Origin: an uncultured Verrucomicrobiae bacterium
GTDB lineage: Bacteria; Verrucomicrobiota; Verrucomicrobiia; Limisphaerales; JAFGQR01
DNA length: 64,000 nt
Assembly: GCA_963788655.1 (NCBI GenBank)
Contig: CAWBHS010000090.1
Location: forward strand, 32,001-96,000
Direction of reading: 5' to 3'
Each line of letters begins with the position of its first letter. The first letter of the stretch is position 1. Below are positions 29,857 through 40,501 of this stretch, piece by piece. Below the pieces are notes generated by a model. The model saw nothing but the letters and a program-made list of their open reading frames with translations, was not told the DNA's origin and did not search any database. The translations under genes and the position numbers were made by a program.

Positions 29857-29887
29857 TCGATTCACTCCTCGATATATTGGTCGCCGA

Positions 29888-31333
29888 TCAGCCCACCGCA
29901 CCTTCGAGACTGACGGACAACAGTTTCTGCGCCTCGACCGCGAACTCCATCGGTAGTTCCTTGAACACTTCCTTGCAGAAGCCGTTGACGATCATGGACA
30001 CGGCGTCCTCTTCCGACATGCCGCGCTGGCGACAGTAGAACAGCTGGTCGTCGCCGACTTTCGACGTGGTCGCCTCATGCTCGACTTTGGCGGTCGGATT
30101 CTTCACCTCGATATAGGGGTAGGTATGCGCGGCACAACGGTCGCCGATCAACAGCGAATCGCACTGGGTATGGTTACGGGCGTTTTCCGCCCGCTGCGCG
30201 ATGCGCACCAGACCTCGATAAGCATTGGTACCCCGTTGCGCGGAAATACCTTTGGACACGATGGTCGAGCGGGTATTGCGGCCGATGTGAATCATCTTGG
30301 TGCCGGTATCGGCTTGCTGCCGACCCTTGGTCACCGCCACGGAATAGAACTCGCCCACGGAATGGTCGCCGCGCAGGATGCAGCTCGGATATTTCCAGGT
30401 GATCGCGGAACCGGTTTCCACCTGGGTCCAGGAGATGTGCGAACGTGCGCCGCGGCAGTCACCGCGCTTGGTGACGAAGTTGTAAATGCCGCCACGGCCC
30501 TCGGCGTCGCCCGGATACCAGTTCTGCACGGTGGAATACTTGATCTGCGCATCGTCCATTGCCACCAGTTCCACGACCGCGGCATGCAGCTGGTTTTCGT
30601 CGCGCATGGGCGCCGTGCAGCCTTCGAGATAGCTCACGTAGCTGCCTTCCTCGGCGACGATCAAGGTGCGCTCGAACTGACCCGTATTAGCGGCGTTGAT
30701 CCGGAAATAAGTGGACAGTTCCATCGGACAGCGCACCCCTTTGGGGATGTACACGAAGGTACCGTCGGAAAACACCGCCGCATTCAGCGCCGCAAAGAAG
30801 TTATCGGTATGCGGCACCACGGAACCCAGGTACTGCTTCACCAGGTCCGGGTGGTCGTGCACGGCTTCGGAAATGGAACAGAAGATAACGCCGGCTTCGG
30901 CGAGTTGCTTACGGAATGTGGTCGCCACGGAAACGCTATCGAACACTGCGTCGACCGCCACACCGGCGAGCGCTTTCTGTTCCTCCAACGGAATGCCGAG
31001 CTTGTTGTAGGTGTCCAGCAATTCCGGATCCACCTCGTCCAGGCTCTGCAGCTGTTTCTTTTTCTTCGGCGCCGCATAATAGGAGATGGATTGGAAATCC
31101 AACGGCGGGTGCTGGACCTTCGCCCAATCGGGTTCGGCCATGGTCAACCAGTGCTTGAACGCCTGCAGACGCAACTCAAGCATCCACTCGGGCTCGTTTT
31201 TCTTCTCCGAGATCAGGCGGACCACGTCTTCGTTGAGGCCAGGGGGCACAACCTCGGATTCGATGTTGGTTACGAATCCGTGTTCGTATCCGCCGCTGAT
31301 CAGCTTGTCGACATTATCAGGTGTCGCACTCAT
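29888..31333 (-). CDS. sufB: Fe-S cluster assembly protein SufB
   Basis: [38 protein letters not shown]. Confidence 0.96.
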   Translation of the reverse strand: MSATPDNVDKLISGGYEHGFVTNIESEVVPPGLNEDVVRLISEKKNEPEWMLELRLQAFKHWLTMAEPDWAKVQHPPLDFQSISYYAAPKKKKQLQSLDEVDPELLDTYNKLGIPLEEQKALAGVAVDAVFDSVSVATTFRKQLAEAGVIFCSISEAVHDHPDLVKQYLGSVVPHTDNFFAALNAAVFSDGTFVYIPKGVRCPMELSTYFRINAANTGQFERTLIVAEEGSYVSYLEGCTAPMRDENQLHAAVVELVAMDDAQIKYSTVQNWYPGDAEGRGGIYNFVTKRGDCRGARSHISWTQVETGSAITWKYPSCILRGDHSVGEFYSVAVTKGRQQADTGTKMIHIGRNTRSTIVSKGISAQRGTNAYRGLVRIAQRAENARNHTQCDSLLIGDRCAAHTYPYIEVKNPTAKVEHEATTSKVGDDQLFYCRQRGMSEEDAVSMIVNGFCKEVFKELPMEFAVEAQKLLSVSLEGAVG

Positions 31334-31413
31334 GAAATCACTCCAACCTGTGCAGCCGGCGACTCGCCAGCCTGGAAAACCATGCAGATCGCGTTGAATC
31401 GCATGGGCGGGCT

Positions 31414-31468
31414 ATACCCGACTTCGTTGCTCAGCTATTCTATATACCTGAGCAAAACAATCAACATT
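31414..31468. promoter_or_regulatory. Two tandem IscR type-1-like operator boxes
   Basis: ATACCCGACTTCGTTGCTCAGCTAT (31414-31438) and ATACCTGAGCAAAACAATCAACATT (31444-31468), 25 bp each, resembling ATASYYGACT-N-AGTCRRSTAT, upstream of sufB. Confidence 0.7.
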
Positions 31469-31589
31469 TATTGTGGTGAGGAGATTCACGGGGCGCGGGG
31501 TCGAATGCGCCGGAGATGGGGCCCGGTATTATAGGAAAATTGGGCTGCGTAGCCAAATCCCAGAAAAAAACTATGTGCAACCGAGAGTT

Positions 31590-32168
31590 ATGAGCAGCGA
31601 CATCGACGAATTCTATATCCTGCGTGCGGAGTCGCGCGGCCAGATGCCGCGCGGAGATGACCGCGCCGCCGGTGGCTTCGTCAACCCGGGGGGCGTCCTG
31701 GGTCCGCTGACTTCTGCGTTGCGCTTCGACACCCTGGAGCAAGCAGAGCGCTATGCAGCGGGCCACGACACCGGCAATTACCGCTGGCTGATCCAGTTGT
31801 GCAGTCGAGAAAGCCGCGAAACGGCTACGGACGACGGGCTGCACCGACTGATCGAGCGCATCATGGACATTCCGCAGCCCTATCGCCGCAGTGCATACAA
31901 TTGGCTGCGCGGCAAGGACGTACCGACCCTTCTGCGACGCCAGGGTGAAGAAGTGTACCGACGCCACCGCAAAGTCCTGGCGCAACACGATATCGACATC
32001 ACCCGTCCCAGCGAAATCGTACTGATGCGCCCGAAGCGCGGCCGCCTCGTCATCAATACCGGAAATGCAGCGATCGCCAACGGGCCGCGGCAATACGTGG
32101 CGCTTCCTGCGCAACGGCTCAGCGTCGCACCCGCGTTGCGCGACGATGAATCCTCCGAGGAAGACTGA
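31590..32168 (+). CDS. Hypothetical protein with phage/plasmid replication gene II/X-like C-terminal domain
   Basis: AYNWLRGKDV...VYRRHRKVLAQHDIDI resembles the Y..W..G.D....FYRHR..L...GIDI pattern of gene X family proteins. Confidence 0.6.
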   Translation: MSSDIDEFYILRAESRGQMPRGDDRAAGGFVNPGGVLGPLTSALRFDTLEQAERYAAGHDTGNYRWLIQLCSRESRETATDDGLHRLIERIMDIPQPYRRSAYNWLRGKDVPTLLRRQGEEVYRRHRKVLAQHDIDITRPSEIVLMRPKRGRLVINTGNAAIANGPRQYVALPAQRLSVAPALRDDESSEED

Positions 32169-32179
32169 TACCGTCTGCC

Positions 32180-32476
32180 CTAAAATCGCGTCCGGATGCG
32201 CACGCGCCCCTGCATCGGAAAATTACTTACACCTTGGCGCCGGCGTAGATCGCGGCAAAGCAATTTGCCGGCCCGGAAACCGAAGCGAAACGATTTCCGC
32301 AACTGTTCGGTGCGGGTGATCTGGCCGCCCTGCAGCGCGTGCAGAAATCCTGATCGGAAGCGCGCCTCGATGAGATTCGGCGGGATTTCCACGCCTACGT
32401 CGTCTGGTGCGGGATACACATATCGCATGCGAATACCCTCCTGTTGACGCCTAAACATGTTGACGACATCCGACAT
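32180..32476 (-). CDS. Hypothetical basic protein
   Basis: 98 aa ORF filling the gap between genes, Arg-rich C-terminus. Confidence 0.6.
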   Translation of the reverse strand: MSDVVNMFRRQQEGIRMRYVYPAPDDVGVEIPPNLIEARFRSGFLHALQGGQITRTEQLRKSFRFGFRAGKLLCRDLRRRQGVSNFPMQGRVRIRTRF

Positions 32477-32535
32477 TGGAAATTTTAGTACAGCGCCGCC
32501 ATGGGCTGGCGATTGAACATCCGGGCGTTACGACC

Positions 32536-33648
32536 ATGCTGACCCTGATGACCCGATTGCTGCCCAAACTCGCGGTGCTGAGCGTGCTCCTGCTCGCGCT
32601 GCCGTTGCTGGGTCTGCTGGTCGCAGGGATATCCCCGGCGCCCTATCTGCACTTGCCGCCCGTTTACGGCTTGGTGCGGCACGCCGGTTTTTCTCCGGCG
32701 GCGTTCGCTTCTCTGAGCGTGGTGGCGGGGGTGGCGCTCGCAATCCCGGTAACACTGCTCGGGAAGGGACTCGCCAGGCGTGGCAACGCGGTGGCATCGC
32801 AGCGCCGCTTCCCGTGGTGGGGCTGGCTCGGCTTGTTGCTGACTTTCGGCAGCTGGACGATCGCCTGGAGCGACGTCCCATGGCTCACTACGGTCCGGCC
32901 ATTCATATTCCCCCCGCTATGGCTCGGTTACGTGATCACCATCAATGGCCTGACCCACGCTTTGGGAGGACATGCACCGCTGGTACAGAGGCCAGGATAC
33001 TTTTTCGGGCTGTTTCCGCTGAGCGCGCTGTTCTGGTGGTATTTCGAATATCTCAATCGCTTCGTCGAAAACTGGCATTACGTTGGAATCGCAGATCTGA
33101 GCAGCGTTGCCTACGTGCTCCACGCCAGCCTCGCATACGCAACCGTACTACCGGCGGTGATCAGTACCAGCGAATGGTTGTATGCGCTGCTCCTGCCCGG
33201 TCCAAGCGGCGCGACGCTGCATGTGCGCCGGTCGGCGGGACGCGCCATGGCGGCGGCGACGCTGGTCGGCGCAAGCGCCGCGCTGGCGGCCGTGGGGGTA
33301 TGGCCGAACGAACTGTACAGCTTGCTGTGGGTAGCGCCCTTGCTGTTGCTGCTGGGACTGCAAGGCATCGCGGGAGAACGGACCATTTTGCAGGGCCTGA
33401 CGCGGGGCGACTGGCGGGAACTCTACCTGCCGGCGCTCGCAGCGCTGCAATGCGGAGTGTTCTGGGAGATGTGGAACTTTTACGCCGGCGCCAAATGGAT
33501 CTACAGCATCCCCTACGTGCATCGCTACACGATATTCGAGATGCCGCTGCTGGGGTATGCCGGGTACCTGCCATTCGGAATCGAATGTGCCGCCGTGGCA
33601 GCCCTACTGGGTCCGGCGTTCAGCTTCAGTCCGCAGACCCGACCGTGA
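32536..33648 (+). CDS. Conserved multi-pass membrane protein
   Basis: WWYFEYLN..VENWHY and FWEMWN...KWIYSIP...FEMPLLGYAGYLPF motifs. Confidence 0.8.
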   Translation: MLTLMTRLLPKLAVLSVLLLALPLLGLLVAGISPAPYLHLPPVYGLVRHAGFSPAAFASLSVVAGVALAIPVTLLGKGLARRGNAVASQRRFPWWGWLGLLLTFGSWTIAWSDVPWLTTVRPFIFPPLWLGYVITINGLTHALGGHAPLVQRPGYFFGLFPLSALFWWYFEYLNRFVENWHYVGIADLSSVAYVLHASLAYATVLPAVISTSEWLYALLLPGPSGATLHVRRSAGRAMAAATLVGASAALAAVGVWPNELYSLLWVAPLLLLLGLQGIAGERTILQGLTRGDWRELYLPALAALQCGVFWEMWNFYAGAKWIYSIPYVHRYTIFEMPLLGYAGYLPFGIECAAVAALLGPAFSFSPQTRP

Positions 33649-33661
33649 TCTGCGGCAATCC

Positions 33662-33802
33662 TCACGCATAGAAGCGCGTCGCCAGGATCACCACCGCGAT
33701 CACGACCACGAGCAGGATCCCCCACATCAGCGACACCATCAAGCGGCTCATACCGCCGATGAAGCGGCCGCCGGGCGGTGCATTGTGCTTGGATTGTTTC
33801 AT
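33662..33802 (-). CDS. 46-aa single-TM small protein (absent from the ORF track)
   Basis: MKQSKHNAPPGGRFIGGMSRLMVSLMWGILLVVVIAVVILATRFYA*, GGGGGA upstream, directly downstream of glgC. Confidence 0.5.
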   Translation of the reverse strand: MKQSKHNAPPGGRFIGGMSRLMVSLMWGILLVVVIAVVILATRFYA

Positions 33803-33856
33803 TATCGTGTTCGCATCCCCCCAGCATCAACGGCCACGCCGACTGCGGCCAGACCG

Positions 33857-35125
33857 CTATTCATTGTAGCCGGACCCGGCGCCACGGGAATTGCGCGCAA
33901 AGAAGGTTTCGAGTCCGCGCGGCACCACCACCCGCCCCCTGGGCGTGACCGTGAATCTTCGTTGGTCGTCGCCGGAGTCGTGGCCGATCACGGCGCCTTT
34001 GGGAATACGATTGTGTCGGTCGACGATGGCGTTGCGCAGTTTCGCTTCGCGCCCGACGCGCGTGTAATCCATGACCACGCAATCTTCGAGTTCCGCCCCG
34101 GCCTCGATCACCGCTTCACGGCGCACGATGCAATTACGCAGTCGTGCGCCCCGCTCAACGACGCACGCCGCGCCAAACAAACAGTTTTCGATTTCCCCGC
34201 CCAGAATTTTCGCCGTCGGTCCTTGGTAGTTGCTGGAAAAAATCGGCCATTGCGGATTGAATGCGTCAAAGCGCGATTCTTCGCCGAGCACATCCCGGTG
34301 AGCATCGAAATATGCGTCTACGGTGCCGACGTCGCGCCAGTAGGCGGGCTCTTCGTAGCCTTTGATGCCCGGCACCTCGTTGGTAGCGAAGTCGTACGCG
34401 AATACGTTGTGTGTGGCTGCCAATCGCGGCAACACATGATGACCGAAATCGGTTTCGCCGCTGTCCTGCGCCTCGCGCAGGGCTTCGACCAGAACGTCGG
34501 CATTGAACAAATAGTTGCCCATCGACGCATAGGCCCGCGTGGGATCGGACGGCATGGATTTGGGCTGGTCCGGCTTTTCCTGGAATTCGCGGATGCGACC
34601 GTTGTCGTCCGTCACCAGCACACCGAAATCCGAGGCTTGCTGGACCGCAACCGGCAATGCCGCTACGGTGACATCGGCCCCGTGTTCGCGGTGATGCCAG
34701 ATCATTTGCCGCACATCCATTCGGTACACGTGGTCGGCGCCGAACACCACCACCATGTCGGCACGGTGCATTTCGATCAGCCGCAGACTTTGATACACCG
34801 CATCGGCAGTGCCCTGAAACGCCCAAGCGCCTTCGTGCATCTGCGGTGGCACCACGGTAACGAATTGGTCCGGCAGCAGCGGCGACACCACCCAGGCTTT
34901 GCGCACGTGTTCGATCAGGGACTGGGGTTTGTACTGCACCAGCAAGTAAATCGAGCGAATGCCCGAATTGACCAGGTTACTGAGGACGAAGTCGACGATG
35001 CGGTAACGAGCCCCGAACGGCACCGCGGGTTTGCAACGCTCCAAGGTCAATGGCCGCAAGCGCGAACCCTCGCCGCCCGCCATGACAAAAGCAACAACGC
35101 GCTCGGCGTGTCTGCGCTCCTTCAT
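33857..35125 (-). CDS. glgC: Glucose-1-phosphate adenylyltransferase
   Basis: AGGEGSRL.PLT..RCKPAVPFG, GADHVYRMD, FQEKP, ASMGNY, YWRDVGT. AAGGAGGAG RBS. Confidence 0.95.
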   Translation of the reverse strand: MKERRHAERVVAFVMAGGEGSRLRPLTLERCKPAVPFGARYRIVDFVLSNLVNSGIRSIYLLVQYKPQSLIEHVRKAWVVSPLLPDQFVTVVPPQMHEGAWAFQGTADAVYQSLRLIEMHRADMVVVFGADHVYRMDVRQMIWHHREHGADVTVAALPVAVQQASDFGVLVTDDNGRIREFQEKPDQPKSMPSDPTRAYASMGNYLFNADVLVEALREAQDSGETDFGHHVLPRLAATHNVFAYDFATNEVPGIKGYEEPAYWRDVGTVDAYFDAHRDVLGEESRFDAFNPQWPIFSSNYQGPTAKILGGEIENCLFGAACVVERGARLRNCIVRREAVIEAGAELEDCVVMDYTRVGREAKLRNAIVDRHNRIPKGAVIGHDSGDDQRRFTVTPRGRVVVPRGLETFFARNSRGAGSGYNE

Positions 35126-35611
35126 CTGACTCCTCCTTGTTGTGCCAGTGTAGAGCACTGCGGCAGATTGCACCGACGATCACCTGAGTAAAAGCCCCAC
35201 CCGACCTGGGTGTTGCTTGAGCTCAAATAACCAATTCCAAGCGCTCGCGCGCCTGCGACGGCAGGTAATGCGACGCAGCGTCTTTATTTCGTTCGTTTAT
35301 TTCCAATGCGTACCCGATAACGCGGCGCGGGCGCCGAGTACCACAGCTGCGACTTTGCTGCACTCACCGGCCCGGAGTCGTCGGCAGCGCCTCCCCGCGT
35401 CCGAACTCGCAGCCACGCCATGTCCTATGAGGCGCGGCGGCTTCGGTCGATCTGCGCAGGCAGTTCCCGAACCGGGCGTACCGGGGTGTTGCGTTCAGGC
35501 CTAATGTCCTGAACCGTTACAGGGAGCGTTGCTGAAAACCAGTCGTGCGACGGATCGCCGTATCACTACGCGAAATGGCGGCGTCTCCCAGCCGCGCAGA
35601 ACTTCGATCGA

Positions 35612-36040
35612 TCACCCGTACCAGGGCATACACGCCGGGCCCGGCTTCGGTGCGGAATCGGCCCGCAGTTGGGTCAATCCTGTCTCCAAACCCTGACGCC
35701 AGTCGTCCACGAACCGGTTCAACACCTTGATGAATTCCGGGTCGTGATCGCGGCGATTCAGGACCAGATGTACCAGCACGCAGCCCACCTCCTGACGTGC
35801 CGCCGTAATGCTCCACTGCAACGCGCTTTCGCAGCTCGGCAGCGAAAATCGCACGCCGTAACGCAGCACCTCCCGGGTGACCCGGAACTGACCCCAGGCG
35901 CAATAGATCTCGCCGCGCTCGCCTTCATCGACCAGCACCCGGTCGATGGATGCGCACAGGCGCGCGAGGTTTCCGACCGTGACGTAGCGCTGCAATAGCG
36001 ACGCCGGCGCTGCGGCACGCGCGGTAGCGTAGAACTCCAT
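35612..36040 (-). CDS. Conserved hypothetical protein
   Basis: MEFYA...LCASID...IYCAWGQF...GVRFSLPSC, ends CMPWYG. GGAG RBS. Confidence 0.7.
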   Translation of the reverse strand: MEFYATARAAAPASLLQRYVTVGNLARLCASIDRVLVDEGERGEIYCAWGQFRVTREVLRYGVRFSLPSCESALQWSITAARQEVGCVLVHLVLNRRDHDPEFIKVLNRFVDDWRQGLETGLTQLRADSAPKPGPACMPWYG

Positions 36041-36120
36041 GGGTGGTCTCCGCCGAACAATCCTCTTCGATAGTGCGGCACGAACCATCGTCTGGCAAGC
36101 AGTCCAAACGGCACTGCCGT

Positions 36121-36140
36121 ATATAAGAAAATGCTCATAT
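36121..36140. promoter_or_regulatory. AT-rich 7-6-7 inverted repeat, candidate operator
   Basis: ATATAAG-AAAATG-CTCATAT (one mismatch) between divergent genes in otherwise GC-rich DNA. Confidence 0.35.
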
Positions 36141-36293
36141 TACATTCGGTTATCTGACGCGCCAGCCGCGGATTTCGCTCAAGTGAACCAACAGTTTGCC
36201 GATATCTCGGAGCACGACGCCGCTGTTCGGTTGCCGGGTGTCGTCCGGCAGCAGTGGCGCAAAGCCAATCGGTATTTGAGAGGGGAACTTGCA

Positions 36294-36599
36294 ATGAAAT
36301 CGACTCACACTGCGCTGACCAAACTCGCGCTCGGCATTGCAATGGTGGTTGCAGCCGGCGCGGCCCATGCCATCGACTGCGAAACCGCCGCCAACCGCGC
36401 GTCCGACCTTTACGCCGCCAGAGCAGCGAAAAACGAAGCGGCTTATGAATCGACCAAGCAAGCAATGAGAGGCGCCAGCGACGAAGCGAACATCTACCCG
36501 ATGCTGATTCGCGCCGTCGATGAAGGTTTGTATAGCAGCCCGGACGCCATGCATAAGGCGGCGCTCAAATATTGCAGCCGCAAGCTCGCAGCCAAATGA
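36294..36599 (+). CDS. Small secreted protein
   Basis: Signal peptide ending AHA, two Cys, GAGGGG RBS. Confidence 0.7.
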   Translation: MKSTHTALTKLALGIAMVVAAGAAHAIDCETAANRASDLYAARAAKNEAAYESTKQAMRGASDEANIYPMLIRAVDEGLYSSPDAMHKAALKYCSRKLAAK

Positions 36600-36738
36600 T
36601 CCGCTAACGCGACGAAAGGAGTGTGGCCAGGTCGCAGGGACGCGTTTGAGGCAAGCCGATCGTGAACGCGACCAGCAAACATGATCGGCGCAGTGGCGCA
36701 CGCAACTGGACCACAAGCGAACTACGAGGGTTAAGAAC

Positions 36739-38358
36739 ATGAAGAATCTGGGACTGGCATACAAGTTCATGATTCCATTGCTGGTAATCATGGTTGCCGC
36801 GCAAGCCGTCGGCATGCTGGTGATCTACTCCCGAAGCGGCGCCAAGCTGGAAGAACAGCAGGCGGATACTTTGCAGCGCTTGCACGAAGAGCAAATAGTG
36901 GCGCAGCGGGAACGCATGAATTCCCTCCAGGCACGCGCCGATTTGATCGGCGAGTTTCTGAGCAAATCGGCAGTCGGTCCCATACTGTTCGATGACCAGG
37001 ACGCGCTGGCCAATCAACAGAAGAACGCCAAGTCCAACGGCATTGCCTACGTGTTGTTCCTGGGACCCGACGGCACGACGGCGTTGGTGCAATCCGGTTC
37101 CCAACCCGATCGTTCGAACTCGATCGAAAAGACTTACGACGTTGTATCCAAGGACAAGACCATCGGCAAAGTAGCGGTCGGAATCTCCAAAACCGACTAT
37201 GAGGCGTTTGAGAAGTCCAATCAGGCCGAAATCGACAAACTCGCGGCGGACATCACGCACAAACGCGAGCAGGTCGGATCGGACTTGCTGTTCGTCAATC
37301 TGAGCGCGGCATTCGTGACCCTGGTTCTGGTCACCGCAGTCCTGATGCTGCTGTTCCGCAAACTGGTCATCAAGCCACTGCTCGATGGCAGCACGCTGAT
37401 GCGCGAACTGGCGAGCGGCGAAGGCGACCTCACCGTGCAACTGCCGGTGCCGAATCAGGACGAGATTTCCGCTTTGCTCGCCGGTATCAATCAGTTCACG
37501 AGCAAGCTGCGCGTGATGGTGCAGGACATGGTCGGATCCAGCCAGACCCTGTCCGGTTCCGCAGGCGAACTGACGGTGATGATGCAAGAGTCGGAATCGC
37601 GCATCGAACATCAACAGCACGAAACCAGTGCAGTCGCGGCCGCCATCACCGAGATGGCGTCCACGGTGCACGAAGTCGCGCGCAACACAGCCAATGCCGC
37701 CGAGGCGGCACAAAAAGCCAACGATTCGGCCCGCAGCGGTCACTCCACTACCGAGCAGGCGGTCAAGGACATCAACACCCTGGTCACGCGCATCGAGGAT
37801 ACCGCGGCGGTCATCAATCGATTGAACGAAGACGCCGACCAGGTGGGCAGCGTTCTGGAAGTGATCCGCGGTATCGCCGAACAAACCAACCTGCTGGCTT
37901 TGAACGCCGCCATCGAAGCCGCCCGTGCCGGCGAACAGGGTCGCGGCTTCGCCGTGGTCGCTGACGAAGTGCGCACGCTCGCAGGCCGCACCCAGCAGTC
38001 GACCGAAGAGATCCGCGACATCATCGAGAAACTGCAAAGCGGCTCGGTCAGCGCCGTGGAAGCGATGAACACGGCTCAGCAGTCCGGTCAGCAGGGCGCT
38101 CAGCAGGTGCATTCGGTAGCTGTGGCGCTGAACGAGATCCGCACGCTGGTGCAGCAGATCAACGACATGAATACTCAGATCGCCAGTGCCACCGAGGAGC
38201 AAAGCGCCGTGGCCGAAGAGATCAGCAACAATATCGCGCGCCTCAACCAGATCGGTCAGGAGAGCGCTGCCAGTTCCGCGGAATCGGCACAGAGCAGTGT
38301 CAACCTCGCCGGCGTCGCCCAGCATCTGCACGAAGTGGCGAGCATGTTCAAGGTCTGA
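36739..38358 (+). CDS. Methyl-accepting chemotaxis protein
   Basis: Two TM helices, HAMP domain, [37 protein letters not shown]. Confidence 0.95.
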   Translation: MKNLGLAYKFMIPLLVIMVAAQAVGMLVIYSRSGAKLEEQQADTLQRLHEEQIVAQRERMNSLQARADLIGEFLSKSAVGPILFDDQDALANQQKNAKSNGIAYVLFLGPDGTTALVQSGSQPDRSNSIEKTYDVVSKDKTIGKVAVGISKTDYEAFEKSNQAEIDKLAADITHKREQVGSDLLFVNLSAAFVTLVLVTAVLMLLFRKLVIKPLLDGSTLMRELASGEGDLTVQLPVPNQDEISALLAGINQFTSKLRVMVQDMVGSSQTLSGSAGELTVMMQESESRIEHQQHETSAVAAAITEMASTVHEVARNTANAAEAAQKANDSARSGHSTTEQAVKDINTLVTRIEDTAAVINRLNEDADQVGSVLEVIRGIAEQTNLLALNAAIEAARAGEQGRGFAVVADEVRTLAGRTQQSTEEIRDIIEKLQSGSVSAVEAMNTAQQSGQQGAQQVHSVAVALNEIRTLVQQINDMNTQIASATEEQSAVAEEISNNIARLNQIGQESAASSAESAQSSVNLAGVAQHLHEVASMFKV

Positions 38359-38373
38359 CGACCAGGTCCGACC

Positions 38374-38410
38374 AAGCCCTCCGCTCCCACGGGACGGAGG
38401 GCTTTTTTTT
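38374..38410 (+). terminator. Rho-independent terminator
   Basis: GCCCTCCG...CGGAGGGC followed by eight T. Confidence 0.85.
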
Positions 38411-38518
38411 GCCCGACTCGTTTGCACTTGGACTAGGCTTGCCGGAAGTGCGCACTTGCGAGCAACCGATCGAGAGAGCACGTCTGCACGGTCCCTTCGC
38501 TACCGGGAGTTGTTCAGT

Positions 38519-39958
38519 ATGGGATTGCAGCTGGGCGGAAATCAAAGCGGCAAGGTGGAATTGCGCCTGGCGATGGCCAATCGTCACGGCCTGATTGCGG
38601 GCGCCACCGGCACCGGCAAAACGGTCACTTTGCAGGTGCTGGCAGAGGCGTTTTCGCGCAACGGCGTGCCGGTATTCATGGCCGATGTGAAAGGCGACCT
38701 TGCCGGCCTGGCTCAGGCTAATGCCGCCGGCGAACGCATCCGTGCACGCGTCGAACAGCTGGCCATCCGTGACTACCAACCCCGCGCCTATCCGGTGGTC
38801 CTTTGGGATCTGTATGCAGACCAGGGACACCCGCTGCGCACCACGGTTTCCGATGTCGGGCCGTTGCTGTTCGCGAGTCTGCTGCAACTCAATACCACGC
38901 AGACCGCCGTGCTGCAGGCGGCATTCCGGATCGCCGACGATCAGGGCTTGCTGTTGCTCGATCTCAAAGATCTCCGCGCCCTTCTGGCCTGGGTGGGAAA
39001 CAACGCCAAGTCGCTGAGCAGCGAGTACGGCAATATCAGCAATGCCAGTGTCGCCGCGATCCAGCGCGGCCTGTTGTCCCTGGACTCGGAAGGCGGCGCT
39101 GCGTTCCTGGGCGAACCGGCGTTGGAACTCGGCGATCTGATGCGCACGGATTTTTCCGGCAATGGCGTCATCAGTATCCTGGACGCTACGGCGTTGATGT
39201 CACGCCCGAAGCTGTATGCCATATTCCTGCTGTGGCTAATCGCCGAACTGTTCGAAAACTTGCCGGAAGTCGGAGACGCCGACACGCCGCGGCTGGTGTT
39301 CTTTTTCGATGAAGCCCATCTGTTGTTCGATGATGCACCAGCGGTATTGCTCGACCGAATCGCACAGGTAGTGCGTCTGATTCGTTCCAAAGGCGTGGGC
39401 ATTTACTTCGCCACCCAGAATCCTCTGGACGTGCCGGATAATGTGCTCGGACAACTGGGCAATCGCGTGCAGCATGCGCTGCGGGCGTTTACGCCCCGGG
39501 ACCGCAAAGCTGTGCGCGCCGCGGCGCAAACATTCCGCGAAAATCCGTCTTTGGATACGGAACAGGTCATCACCGAACTCGGAGTCGGCGAAGCGCTGGT
39601 CTCGGTACTCGATGACAAGGGCGCTCCGACCCCTGTGGAACGCATCCTGATTGCGCCGCCGGAATCGAGAATCGGGCCGCTCAGCGCCGAGGAGCGCAGC
39701 GAACATCTGCGCCGCTCGCCGTTGGCTGGACGCTACGATCAAGCCCTCGATCGGGAATCGGCCTATGAGGTGCTGAAGACCCGGGCTGCTGCCGCGACCC
39801 AGCAAGTGGCCCCGCAACGGAGCGCCGGGACAAGCCGGCGCCAGAGCATGCTGGAGGCAATGGCGAGCAGTGCCATGCGCTCAATCGGCAGCAACCTCGG
39901 CCGGCAACTGGTGCGCGGCTTGATGGGGTCGCTGCTCGGAAAAAAGCGCGGGCGCTGA
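38519..39958 (+). CDS. DUF853/YjgR HerA-like ATPase
   Basis: [46 protein letters not shown]. Confidence 0.9.
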   Translation: MGLQLGGNQSGKVELRLAMANRHGLIAGATGTGKTVTLQVLAEAFSRNGVPVFMADVKGDLAGLAQANAAGERIRARVEQLAIRDYQPRAYPVVLWDLYADQGHPLRTTVSDVGPLLFASLLQLNTTQTAVLQAAFRIADDQGLLLLDLKDLRALLAWVGNNAKSLSSEYGNISNASVAAIQRGLLSLDSEGGAAFLGEPALELGDLMRTDFSGNGVISILDATALMSRPKLYAIFLLWLIAELFENLPEVGDADTPRLVFFFDEAHLLFDDAPAVLLDRIAQVVRLIRSKGVGIYFATQNPLDVPDNVLGQLGNRVQHALRAFTPRDRKAVRAAAQTFRENPSLDTEQVITELGVGEALVSVLDDKGAPTPVERILIAPPESRIGPLSAEERSEHLRRSPLAGRYDQALDRESAYEVLKTRAAAATQQVAPQRSAGTSRRQSMLEAMASSAMRSIGSNLGRQLVRGLMGSLLGKKRGR

Positions 39959-40011
39959 CGCGCCCTACGCTTCCCAGCCCGACTTCAGGCTTGCCATGAC
40001 ACACTTCCGCT

Positions 40012-40281
40012 TCACTTCTGCGGCGGTTGCCCGGTGTCCGGAATTTCCTGCTCGAAGGCGCTGAACTCCGATTGATCCAGGGCGCCGTCGGAATTGCGAT
40101 CGGCGCGCTGATAATAGCCGAACACACGATGATTGCGGGCTTCGTCGTGACTGATGTAACCGTTGTGATCCTTGTCCAGACTTCGGAACCGTGTCTGGGA
40201 ATCCTTGGCGGCATTGGTGTCCGCGGCGATCGCTGCCACGGGTAACACAAGTACGACGACGGCAATTGCGATTTTGTACAT
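40012..40281 (-). CDS. Secreted EF-hand calcium-binding protein
   Basis: Signal peptide, loops DKDHNGYISHDE and DRNSDGALDQSE, GAGGGA RBS. Confidence 0.82.
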   Translation of the reverse strand: MYKIAIAVVVLVLPVAAIAADTNAAKDSQTRFRSLDKDHNGYISHDEARNHRVFGYYQRADRNSDGALDQSEFSAFEQEIPDTGQPPQK

Positions 40282-40501
40282 GACTCGTCCCTCTTGCGTT
40301 CCCGTAGCCGCTGGTGTCGCTGGCAAAACGCGGTAATGCATCGCGCGTCGGGTGCGGACAACGGGAACGATTCAGACGGTATGGATCCAACGGCACCCTT
40401 GAAAAAGGGCTGGCCCCGGAGGGCTCGGTGAGAGTCGGCGGCGTCAGTCCTGACGATCCGAATTCTAGCGGAGCGCAACGCAGACGCAAGATCGGCCTCA
40501 G

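Noticed and set aside
38519..39958. HerA-like ATPase as a defence system
   Set aside because: It is the widespread YjgR/DUF853 type with no nuclease or Sir2 partner.
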